NCBI GenBank assembly: GCA_038134595.1
Contig: JAYPVM010000005.1
Location: 128,001 to 192,000, forward strand
Origin: Pseudomonadota bacterium
Lineage (GTDB): Bacteria; Bdellovibrionota_C; UBA2361; OMII01
Direction: 5' to 3'
Length of the DNA stretch: 64,000 nt
Of this stretch, positions 41,672-50,706 are shown one piece after another (the first letter of the stretch is position 1; every line of letters begins with the position of its first letter). The notes beneath the pieces were generated by a model, which was not told the DNA's origin, made no database searches, and saw only the letters and a program-made list of their open reading frames with translations. The position numbers and the translations under genes are program-made.

Positions 41672-43570
41672 CTAAACTAGAATTCCAATCAGAACTGCGA
41701 TTGCAAGTAACATATACAGCGCATACCCACCAACAAGCCCTGTGGTAGTCCTTCGTGCCAGCTCTCCCAAGGCCTGAACGAAGAAGGCAACCCCTCGACC
41801 GAACCCCTCTACGAGCCCTTGGCTCACCCCGACGGCCAAAAATCTTCCGGTTATCCGCAGTGGATTAACCACAACCACATCATAGAGCTCATCGAGATAG
41901 TATTTACGCTCCCAGAGCTTTTGCACCATCCATCCCCATGATTGAAACTTTTCAGTTAGCGAAACCACCCTTACAAGGAGACTATAGGCAAGCACGATCC
42001 CAAGCACACCAGGAAGAGAGCCGGTAACATAACTAGTCAGTGATTGATGCTGTAGAATAAACAATGGAGTTCGGACTACGGCATCTAAGAAGGAAAAAAG
42101 AGTATCGTGTAACAACCATCCACCAATACAGGAGAGTATCGCAAGAACGACTACCGGCCCCCACATTATCACCGGAACTTCATGTGGTGTGGCCTCACCA
42201 CGATACGATCCCATAAACGTCATAAAAAACGAGCGTGCCATGTAACCAGCTGTCATTACCGCGATAAGAGTAACAACTATTTGCAGCCCTCCCTGAAACG
42301 GTGCTAGGTACACATTGCTATTGTGCGCAAGGCTATCGATGATCGCATGTTTCGAAAAGTACCCGGCGAATGGGGCTATGCCTGCTATTGCCAAACAGGC
42401 AACCGCATACGTTGCCGCCGTTATGGGCATCGACTTCCTCAAACCACCCATCCGACGCATGTCCTGCTCATGATGACAGCCATAGATAACCGAACCCGCA
42501 CTCAAAAACAGGCACGCTTTAAAAAAGGCGTGTGTTACAACATGGAACAAGGCTACAGAATAACATCCACATCCAACCGCTATAAACATAAAACCCAACT
42601 GGCTAACGGTAGAGTATGCAAGAACCTTCTTGATATCATTCTGAACCAAAGCCACCGTCGCCGCCACAAATGCCGTAATCACCCCCGTCCACGTGATTAC
42701 AGACAGCACCTGTGGGCTCAATTCCAATACTGGATGCATTCGACCGGTAAGGTAGATACCCGCTGTTACCATCGTCGCCGCATGAATCAATGCTGATACA
42801 GGCGTTGGCCCGGCCATAGCATCAGGAAGCCAGGTAAAAAGTGGGAACTGGGCTGATTTACCCGTCGCGGCAAAAAACAAGGCAAGACCCGCTAACAAAG
42901 CAACTCCTTCCCCGATTCGCGCAAGGCTCTCCGGCGATGTTAGTTCTACAATATCAAGCGTTCCCGTCGTGGTAAACAACGCTGCCATTGCAATAATGAA
43001 ACCAAGATCTCCAAGCCGATTCATCACAAAAGCTTTTTGACCAGCTAGTACGAACTCGGTCTTCTTATACCAGAATCCAATCAGTAGATAAGAGCACAGC
43101 CCCACTCCTTCCCAACCAATAAATACAACTGGCAGGTTTTTACCGAGAACCAATAGAAGCATGGAGAAAACAAACAGGTTGAGGAAGCCGAAATACCGGG
43201 CAACTCCCTCATCAGACGCCATGTATTGGATTGAATACAAATGGATCAGTGCCCCGATACCGGTAATAACCAGACACATCACCGCAGAAAGCGCATCGAA
43301 GTATAGGTCAAAAGATAGAGTTACGTTGCCTACAGATAACCAGCTACCAAATGAAGCAACGATTGCTTCTCGTTGGATAGACGAGCCCACCATCAGCTCG
43401 GTGGTCAGATAGATGGCAATCCCAAAACAAACCGCAACGGTAAGTGTCGCAAGTGGCCCGCTTAAGACTCTCGCTCTCAAACCTAGTGCATAAGACACAG
43501 CTGCACCAAATAACGGCAAACTCACCAATAAAAGCAGAAGGTTCTCTACATTACCCATAACCATTACCAT
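41672..43570 (-). CDS. nuoL: NADH-quinone oxidoreductase subunit L
   Basis: [32 protein letters not shown] motif. Confidence 0.97.
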   Translation of the reverse strand: MVMVMGNVENLLLLLVSLPLFGAAVSYALGLRARVLSGPLATLTVAVCFGIAIYLTTELMVGSSIQREAIVASFGSWLSVGNVTLSFDLYFDALSAVMCLVITGIGALIHLYSIQYMASDEGVARYFGFLNLFVFSMLLLVLGKNLPVVFIGWEGVGLCSYLLIGFWYKKTEFVLAGQKAFVMNRLGDLGFIIAMAALFTTTGTLDIVELTSPESLARIGEGVALLAGLALFFAATGKSAQFPLFTWLPDAMAGPTPVSALIHAATMVTAGIYLTGRMHPVLELSPQVLSVITWTGVITAFVAATVALVQNDIKKVLAYSTVSQLGFMFIAVGCGCYSVALFHVVTHAFFKACLFLSAGSVIYGCHHEQDMRRMGGLRKSMPITAATYAVACLAIAGIAPFAGYFSKHAIIDSLAHNSNVYLAPFQGGLQIVVTLIAVMTAGYMARSFFMTFMGSYRGEATPHEVPVIMWGPVVVLAILSCIGGWLLHDTLFSFLDAVVRTPLFILQHQSLTSYVTGSLPGVLGIVLAYSLLVRVVSLTEKFQSWGWMVQKLWERKYYLDELYDVVVVNPLRITGRFLAVGVSQGLVEGFGRGVAFFVQALGELARRTTTGLVGGYALYMLLAIAVLIGILV

Positions 43571-43866
43571 TTCAATTCAGACACGTCTGAGGTCTCAACA
43601 GATATAAACGATCGAAACACGGAGAGAATAATCGCCAATCCCACGGCAGACTCCGCTGCCGCAATCACCATCACAAAAAACACCGCGACCTGTCCATCCA
43701 AACCTCCGTGCAATCGACTGAAAGCAACAAATGCTATGTTGACCGCGTTCAGCATCAATTCAATGCACATAAACACCACGATGGCATTTCTTCTAACACA
43801 AACCCCTACCGCACCAATCAGAAACAATGCCAGGGAAAGAATAATACAAAGTCCGTAAACACTCAT
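43564..43866 (-). CDS. nuoK: NADH-quinone oxidoreductase subunit K
   Basis: IELMLNAVN and [10 protein letters not shown] motifs. Confidence 0.96.
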   Translation of the reverse strand: MSVYGLCIILSLALFLIGAVGVCVRRNAIVVFMCIELMLNAVNIAFVAFSRLHGGLDGQVAVFFVMVIAAAESAVGLAIILSVFRSFISVETSDVSELKW

Positions 43867-44414
43867 GATTTACCTCCACCTAACAAGCCGCCTTCCCGAG
43901 GACTGGGGTCCGAACTCTGCTTTCGAGTAAGCATTACCGCACCAACTACTCCCACTAATAATACTAGGGAGCTCAGTTCAAACTGAGGGACATACTCAGA
44001 ATAAAGTAGCCTACCGATGGCCAACACCGAGCCCTCGACTAACTGTCCTTCTCCACTCACGCTGTCGCCATGAAGCGTTTCCACCGCTGGCAAAATTACA
44101 GGAAGAATTGAGGAAAACAACAACAAGGCTCCGCATGACGCTACCGTTATCTTAAGCCATCCACGGGGCGCTTCCGACTCATCCTTGAGATTCAACAACA
44201 TCAAAACAAACAGCACGAGCACCATGATCGCACCGGCATAAACCACAACTTGTGAAACAGCGAGGAAATGGGCATCCAAACTCGCATATACGGCGGCGAC
44301 ACTTAGTAGATTTACTACCAAACTAAAGGCGCTATAGAGGGGATTTCTCATCAACACCACTCCCAAAGCTGCCGCCACAGCAATAGAGCCAAAAACAATC
44401 GCTGATATCATCAT
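43863..44414 (-). CDS. nuoJ: NADH-quinone oxidoreductase subunit J
   Basis: [19 protein letters not shown] motif. Confidence 0.96.
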   Translation of the reverse strand: MMISAIVFGSIAVAAALGVVLMRNPLYSAFSLVVNLLSVAAVYASLDAHFLAVSQVVVYAGAIMVLVLFVLMLLNLKDESEAPRGWLKITVASCGALLLFSSILPVILPAVETLHGDSVSGEGQLVEGSVLAIGRLLYSEYVPQFELSSLVLLVGVVGAVMLTRKQSSDPSPREGGLLGGGKS

Positions 44415-45508
44415 AAAACTACCTTCAAAATCGCCGTTACCACTAAATTAACCAGCGCAACTGGTAACAATAGCTTCCACCCTAAATTCATCAACTGATC
44501 ATAGCGAAATCGTGGCAGTGTCCACCGGATCACGATCTGGAGAAGACAGAAGAAAAGTATCTTGCCCACCAAAACAAGGTGGCCAATCAATGCCCCCCAC
44601 CAAACACCTTCAGGAAGCGATATCCACGGTATATCCCATCCTCCAAAGAAAAGAAGGGTTAGTAGCATCGCAAAAAGGGCGATCTCACAAAATTCTCCCA
44701 TCCAAAAAAGGAGAAACTTCATCCCTGAATACTCAGTAAAATACCCGGCGGCCAATTCAGATTCTGCCTCGGGCAGATCAAAAGGGCCCCGCTTCGTTTC
44801 TGCCATCCCAGCTAGTAACAAGACGACAAAACCTATTGGCTGTGTTACCACGCCCCAGGCCGGAATGACTCCCCACATGAGATTCTGTTGTTGTTCTACA
44901 ATAGCGTAAACATCTAAGGTGCCGTACACGACTATCAATGCAACAAAAACGAGGCCCATAGGCAACTCGTATGAAATCATCTGGGCCGCTGCACGTAACG
45001 ATCCTAGCAGTGAGAACTTGTTGTTACCCGTCCAGCCAGCAATGGCCACGCCGTAAACTGCAACGGAACCCATGGCCAGGACAAACAAAATACCTGCATC
45101 AATTGGCGCTACCTGCGGTCTTACCCAAACACCAAACAGCTGAAAGTCAGGCGCAAGCGGCAACACAGCAAAAGCCAGTAAGACTGGTAATACCGCTATT
45201 ATCGGTGCTACAGCATGAAGAAATTTTGAAGTCCCATCCGGAACAAAATCCTCTTTCCAAAGCCCTTTAACCGAATCACACACCAACGTATTTATAACTC
45301 CCAACCAACCAAGGAGTCGTATGCCTGGTAGAAACGGTTTAAGGTACCACCGTTTAGAGGTAACGAACGCACCTGCCCTATTTGCGCCAACCCTATCTTG
45401 AATAAGCGCTGATGCCTTTCTCTCAATCCAGATGCAAATAGACCCTAAGGTCAGGCCAAGGTTTAAAACAAACCCTACTTTGATTAATAAAATTAACAGC
45501 TCCACCAT
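44411..45508 (-). CDS. nuoH: NADH-quinone oxidoreductase subunit H
   Basis: AQMISYE, PFDLPEAESEL and PRFRYDQLM motifs. Confidence 0.96.
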   Translation of the reverse strand: MVELLILLIKVGFVLNLGLTLGSICIWIERKASALIQDRVGANRAGAFVTSKRWYLKPFLPGIRLLGWLGVINTLVCDSVKGLWKEDFVPDGTSKFLHAVAPIIAVLPVLLAFAVLPLAPDFQLFGVWVRPQVAPIDAGILFVLAMGSVAVYGVAIAGWTGNNKFSLLGSLRAAAQMISYELPMGLVFVALIVVYGTLDVYAIVEQQQNLMWGVIPAWGVVTQPIGFVVLLLAGMAETKRGPFDLPEAESELAAGYFTEYSGMKFLLFWMGEFCEIALFAMLLTLLFFGGWDIPWISLPEGVWWGALIGHLVLVGKILFFCLLQIVIRWTLPRFRYDQLMNLGWKLLLPVALVNLVVTAILKVVL

Positions 45509-45513
45509 AATTC

Positions 45514-47220
45514 CTACGCCGGGCTCGACGCTCCTTCTGCTACATTAGACTGAGATACCTCTGGTGCCACCTTAGTAACTAGCTGCTCCAAATCGATTCC
45601 TCCCGCCTTGATCTGGGCGATACTAAACTGCTGACGAGTCAGCACCGGGTCGGCTGCTAAATACCACCTTGTAACCTCTCGATCACTGAGAACATTCGGA
45701 TCTTCTTTGAAGACCGGCACTCCGACTTCCTTGGCGATATACGCCAAAAACCTCCAGGCTGGCACCGTACCATCAACAAGCTCAGTAACTGCTTGCGCAT
45801 ACTGAAGCCGAAGTTCTCGGTTCACCATCAATCCTGATTGTTCTAACAAACTCCTTCCTGGCAATACTACTTTTACTGCCGATGACAACGCCGAACGCGC
45901 ATCGGTAAAGAGACCCACTGAAAGCGATGCTGTTCTGAGACCCTCTGTCAGTGCATCATCCACATCACTTGGATCAAAAGCTCGGTCACCTATAACAAGG
46001 ATGTTATCAAGCTCCTTTCGTCGGATCTTTCCAAGCATCTCATCATAAGCCTCCTCGGGATTGGCGCCTATCAATCCAACCATCTGGGCGGCTCGAAAGT
46101 TTCCAGCCCTGTCTGGACTTACTAGTATCTTCTCAGTGTCTGTTCGGTCGTGGTGTCGATAGCCCATCACCACTCGAGCAGAAGAACCGATGCGCATCAA
46201 TATCTGCTTCAACAAAAAGTATTCCTCCAACAGAAGGTGTGGGCTCACCACAATCGCTAGCGTTTTTATTTGCTTCACTATCGCACTAACAACTGTTGTA
46301 AAGTCAGTAGATCCTATTTCTGACTCACCATTGGTGAGAGGACGCTGAATCCTTTCTTTCGGCAAGTATGCGTTGAAACCATACCGTCCCTCATCGCAGA
46401 GCCATTCCTTGTTAACCGACTCATTTCGGCGGCCCTTCACCATGACAACCTGGCCGTCTCTCTCTGCAACTTTAACGTTACATCCCGTCGAGCACCCGGC
46501 ACATATTGTATCGGTCTGCTTGGTAAACCAGATACGAGTATTAAAACGCCACTTGCGGTGAGTAAGCGCCCCTACAGGACACAGATCCACAACGGAACCT
46601 GACAGCGGGTTGTCAAGCTCCCGACCTGGACTAACAGCTATGACTGACTGATCTCCCCGGTTCAACATACCCAACTCAGAGGTCTTTGTTACCTCATCAC
46701 AGAATCGGATACATCGGGTGCACATGATGCAACGCTCACCGTCGAGCATAACATTCGGGCCGAGAGGAAGCGCTTTTATCTTATGTACTTTTTCCTCCAC
46801 GAAACGACTGGCGCGTGCGTTGTATTCAAAGTGGTAATCCTGGAGTTTGCAGTGCCCGGCCTGATCACAAACCGTGCAATCTAGTGGATGATTAATCAGG
46901 ATAAACTCTAGAGTTGCGGCTTGAGCGTCCGCGACATCTTTGTTGGTGTGGTGAGTCTCTACTTCCATCCCATCCGATGCAGGGGTATTACATGCTATAC
47001 TTAACTTTGGCGCCCCCTTGACAGAGATCTGACACATCCGGCAATTCCCCGCCACAGACAAATCCGGATGATAGCAATAGTGCGGAATATCGACCCCGGC
47101 CTGCTTTGCCGCCTCTATGAGATTTGTTCCCTTTTTCACCTCAACCGGCTTGCCGTCTACAGTAATCCGAACTATGTCCGACGGCACTTCTTTTACGCAA
47201 TCTGCCATTACTCTGCTCAC
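45514..47220 (-). CDS. nuoG: NADH-quinone oxidoreductase subunit G (short form)
   Basis: Fe-S motifs CYH...NCRMC, HPLDCTVCDQAGHC, CIMCTRC...CPVGAL and CAGCSTGC...WLCDEGR. Confidence 0.93.
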   Translation of the reverse strand: MSRVMADCVKEVPSDIVRITVDGKPVEVKKGTNLIEAAKQAGVDIPHYCYHPDLSVAGNCRMCQISVKGAPKLSIACNTPASDGMEVETHHTNKDVADAQAATLEFILINHPLDCTVCDQAGHCKLQDYHFEYNARASRFVEEKVHKIKALPLGPNVMLDGERCIMCTRCIRFCDEVTKTSELGMLNRGDQSVIAVSPGRELDNPLSGSVVDLCPVGALTHRKWRFNTRIWFTKQTDTICAGCSTGCNVKVAERDGQVVMVKGRRNESVNKEWLCDEGRYGFNAYLPKERIQRPLTNGESEIGSTDFTTVVSAIVKQIKTLAIVVSPHLLLEEYFLLKQILMRIGSSARVVMGYRHHDRTDTEKILVSPDRAGNFRAAQMVGLIGANPEEAYDEMLGKIRRKELDNILVIGDRAFDPSDVDDALTEGLRTASLSVGLFTDARSALSSAVKVVLPGRSLLEQSGLMVNRELRLQYAQAVTELVDGTVPAWRFLAYIAKEVGVPVFKEDPNVLSDREVTRWYLAADPVLTRQQFSIAQIKAGGIDLEQLVTKVAPEVSQSNVAEGASSPA

Positions 47221-47230
47221 TCTATTTGGG

Positions 47231-47863
47231 TTACTTGATGCCTACTATCTCTGAACGAGGGTGATCCTCTAATCCTCGGCCTAATTCATCTCGCAAAGTC
47301 GACAATCGCAAATCTGGCAACTCATTCTCAATGCGAGAAAAAATACCATCTAGTTTTTCCTCTGTAAGATTTTCAAAATATACATCGTTAATCTGACACA
47401 TCGGGGCCGTTCCGCACGATCCGAGGCACTCGACTTCCTCAAAGCTCCACAGACCATCTTTCGAAACCTCTCCTGGTCGGATTCCTAATTTTTTGTGAAC
47501 GTACTCGCCGATATGCTTAGCGCCTCGCAAAGCACACGGTAGCGTTCTACACACCTGTACATGGTATTTTCCTACGGGCTTTTTGTAATACATCGTGTAA
47601 AATGTCGCCACTTCCCACACTTGCATCGGGGGCAAATCCAACTGTCCTGCGACCCAATCAACCGCCTGCTGCGTGATATATCCACACTCCTCTTGTGCGA
47701 TATACAGTAGAGGCATAACCGCCGACCGAGATTTCGGATATAATTTCACTATCTCCTGAGCTCGCTGATGAGCCAATTCAGATAAAACAATCTCCTTGTC
47801 CTCCCTGGAGGTCGGCCTTGTATTGATATGAAAAACTTGCTCGTTACCGGTCACACTCACCAC
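47231..47863 (-). CDS. nuoE: NADH-quinone oxidoreductase subunit E
   Basis: VATFYTMY, VCRTLPC and ECLGSCGTAP ([2Fe-2S]) motifs; exact start uncertain because it overlaps the nuoD end. Confidence 0.94.
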   Translation of the reverse strand: MVSVTGNEQVFHINTRPTSREDKEIVLSELAHQRAQEIVKLYPKSRSAVMPLLYIAQEECGYITQQAVDWVAGQLDLPPMQVWEVATFYTMYYKKPVGKYHVQVCRTLPCALRGAKHIGEYVHKKLGIRPGEVSKDGLWSFEEVECLGSCGTAPMCQINDVYFENLTEEKLDGIFSRIENELPDLRLSTLRDELGRGLEDHPRSEIVGIK

Positions 47864-49097
47864 CTATCATATTTATCATTCCAAATGTTGGAATCAGATC
47901 CGAAATGTTAACTCCTAGAAGCATCTTCCTCATCGCCCCCATATGAATAAAACTCGGAGCGCGAACATGTGCTCGATAAGGCTTACCCGAGCCATCTGAC
48001 ACAACATAGAAGCCCAACTCACCATTACCCCCTTCAATACCTTGATACACGGAACCTACTGGCGGCTTCACACCGTACATCACCAACTCGAAGTGATTAA
48101 TCATGCCATCAATGGACTTGTAGACCTCCTCCTTTGGCATCAACGCAATATGAGGATCCTCCACAATAACAGGCCCCTCCGGAAGACGCTCTATTGCCTG
48201 TTCACAGATCCTCATGGACTGCTCCATTTCCTCAAACCGCACCAGGAACCTATCGTAATTATCTCCCTTAGTGCCTACGGGAACTTCAAAATCGAACTCA
48301 TCGTAGCTTGAATACGGAAAAGCTTTTCGAAGATCATGAGAAACCCCACTCGCTCGCAACATAGGTCCCGTAATGCTCGAATTAATCGCATCTTCAGCTG
48401 TAATAATCGCGACATCACACATTCGCTCGATAAAAATCCGATTCCTTGTAAGCAATCTGTCACAATTAACAAGATGGCGACGAACGCCTTTAAAAGCTTC
48501 TCTCATCCGGTCCGCGAAGCCATCGGTCAGGTCTTCCTTAACACCCCCAACTCTCCCATATGAAACTGTGAGCCGCGCGCCAGTGACCTCCTCCAATAGA
48601 TCCCACAAATACTCCCTTGCCTCCATCATGTAGAGCATTACCGTAAACGCACCCAATTCCATCGCCGACGCGCCCAAACACGTCAGGTGGTCACTGACTC
48701 TAGAGATCTCTGAAAGAATTACTCTGATGTACTGGGCTCTCTTGGGGGCCTCTATATCGAGAAGTTTTTCGATCGTTAAACACCAACCGAAATTATTGAT
48801 TACGGGCGAGACATAATTCAGCCGGTCGGTATATGGCATCACTTGATTGTAATCAACAGTCTCACACATCTTCTCGAAGCCACGATGCAGATATCCAACA
48901 TCCACATCGGCGTCAATTATCTTCTCACCTGACAATTCAGCAACAATTCTAACCGTTCCATGGGTGGCAGGATGCGCCGGCCCAAGATTAACAATCATGC
49001 TCTCTGAATGCAGCTCATCTCCAAGCGCCCTCGGAGTGGCTTGCGTTGTGATTCCACCGACTCCGAAATCAACCTCTAATAGTTTTCGCTCCGCCAT
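47844..49097 (-). CDS. nuoD: NADH-quinone oxidoreductase subunit D
   Basis: NLGPAHPATHG, GYLHRGFEK, DRLNY and terminal GECDR motifs. Confidence 0.97.
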   Translation of the reverse strand: MAERKLLEVDFGVGGITTQATPRALGDELHSESMIVNLGPAHPATHGTVRIVAELSGEKIIDADVDVGYLHRGFEKMCETVDYNQVMPYTDRLNYVSPVINNFGWCLTIEKLLDIEAPKRAQYIRVILSEISRVSDHLTCLGASAMELGAFTVMLYMMEAREYLWDLLEEVTGARLTVSYGRVGGVKEDLTDGFADRMREAFKGVRRHLVNCDRLLTRNRIFIERMCDVAIITAEDAINSSITGPMLRASGVSHDLRKAFPYSSYDEFDFEVPVGTKGDNYDRFLVRFEEMEQSMRICEQAIERLPEGPVIVEDPHIALMPKEEVYKSIDGMINHFELVMYGVKPPVGSVYQGIEGGNGELGFYVVSDGSGKPYRAHVRAPSFIHMGAMRKMLLGVNISDLIPTFGMINMIGGECDR

Positions 49098-49106
49098 ACA
49101 ATCTCG

Positions 49107-49730
49107 CTATATACCTTCCGCAGTGGGTATTCTTTCACTCACCTGTGCCTGTTCATCACCCGATGCTTTGCGCGGCCGAATCGTCACCAGCTCCGGTCGA
49201 TGCATCTGTCTTGCCGTGTTTTCTACCTCGGGGTAACGCAACGGCACCCTCGGCTGCTTACCCTGAATAGGATAATCCTTTCTTAAGGGATGCCCAACAA
49301 ACTCATCATACAGCAACACTCTGCGTAGATCGGGATGCCCGTGAAACGATATGCCAAACATATCCCAGACTTCACGCTCCATAAAATTTGCTCCCTGCCA
49401 TAACGAGACAACGGACTCAATGGAAGGGTCTTCCTCTCCAACCGCCACCGAAACGGTAACGCGCATCTTGTTTTTCAGACTAAGCAGTTGATAGACCACT
49501 TCATACCTTTGAGGGCGCGCATCCATCCAATCTACTGCCGTCATATCTACCAGCATGTCAAACTGAAGCTTTTCGTCGACCTTGCATCTCTCTAACAACG
49601 CTTTGCTGTATTGCGGGAGCGTTGTAATAACTACACTACTTTTTTTTACTGTAAGTTCAGAGATGAGTTCGGAAAACTGTTCTTTGATGTAGTCCGTACA
49701 CGGACCTGTTTCTATCTGTTCCATATGCAC
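49107..49730 (-). CDS. nuoC: NADH-quinone oxidoreductase subunit C
   Basis: EREVWDMFGI.F.GHPDLRR and GHPLRKDYP motifs; start is 49730 (GTG) or 49724 (ATG). Confidence 0.96.
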   Translation of the reverse strand: MHMEQIETGPCTDYIKEQFSELISELTVKKSSVVITTLPQYSKALLERCKVDEKLQFDMLVDMTAVDWMDARPQRYEVVYQLLSLKNKMRVTVSVAVGEEDPSIESVVSLWQGANFMEREVWDMFGISFHGHPDLRRVLLYDEFVGHPLRKDYPIQGKQPRVPLRYPEVENTARQMHRPELVTIRPRKASGDEQAQVSERIPTAEGI

Positions 49731-49874
49731 CCCTTTTTAACGTAAGACACGACAACTAGCAACGGAACAACAGCTTAACTAGCTGATATTTTACCATTCC
49801 GCCCCATCACCCCCCTCGTTCTCGCCGCCTTAAGTGGCCGATAACACCACCCGCAGAACTTACCTCATACACAT

Positions 49875-49904
49875 TTGCTTAGAGCCCTCAAATTGGAGTA
49901 TAGT
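49875..49904 (+). promoter_or_regulatory. Putative sigma70 promoter of the winged-helix gene
   Basis: TTGCTT-N18-TATAGT, 44 nt upstream of ATG 49949. Confidence 0.4.
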
Positions 49905-49948
49905 CGGCGCTTGGGAACGCACACACAAATTTTTGGGAGAAGACACAC

Positions 49949-50257
49949 ATGGATGCAGAGAGCAGCACAAAGAAGAAGAGACTATCACAATCTTCAGTCA
50001 ACCAAATTCAGATTCTCCACGCTCTTGCGAACTCTCAAAGCGGGCAAGCTGAGACGCCACGACGATTAGAGATTCTGGAAATAACTGAGCGAAGCGGATT
50101 AGCAGACGAGAAAGAGACTCAACGCTTTTTGTTTATCCTTGAAGGTCAAAAGCTTGTCGCCCCATTTCCAGAGGGAGACTTTACTTCAAAAGTTTGGCAA
50201 ATTACCAAACAGGGCGTACAGACGCTTCAACAGATTTCAACTGCGATGGCAAACTGA
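49949..50257 (+). CDS. Small putative winged-helix DNA-binding protein
   Basis: Pattern QIQILHAL / ILEITERSGL / ETQRFLFILEGQKLV / WQITKQG resembles wHTH helices plus wing; GGGAGA RBS. Confidence 0.65.
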   Translation: MDAESSTKKKRLSQSSVNQIQILHALANSQSGQAETPRRLEILEITERSGLADEKETQRFLFILEGQKLVAPFPEGDFTSKVWQITKQGVQTLQQISTAMAN

Positions 50258-50706
50258 GCCTTAATAGTTCTGTACTAAAAAGTTCAGATAGTGCCCTAAG
50301 GTAAGATAGCTTAAATACACACCAACGCTTCGGCTCGAAACGAGTGGCGCGCCTACATATGTTGCGCAACAATTCAATTGTTCGCAGCGGTTCGATTGTT
50401 TTCGCGTTACTCGATTCTTTAATCGTTATGCAGAAAAAACAAACATGCCAAGCTATGGAGAAACCATACGGCATCTAGTGGCACGGCCCTGGAGCAAGAT
50501 ACTCAAATCACACTTCTTTCATTGAAAGCTTTCATACGAGCCTAATGAAACACATCGCTGCATACGCGACACTTAATCAAAAGCAAATCGCCTCACACCT
50601 ACCCACACAACTTTCTGGCACCGCGAGGACCACCCAGATCACCACAATACCACTAGTGGAGGATTTATAACGGAAGCTTTCGTTATGGCCCTATTCCTTG
50701 CAAGTA

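Noticed and set aside
50469..50484. TGGCACGGCCCTGGA as a sigma54 promoter
   Set aside because: The -12 element is GA rather than GC and no sense gene lies downstream.
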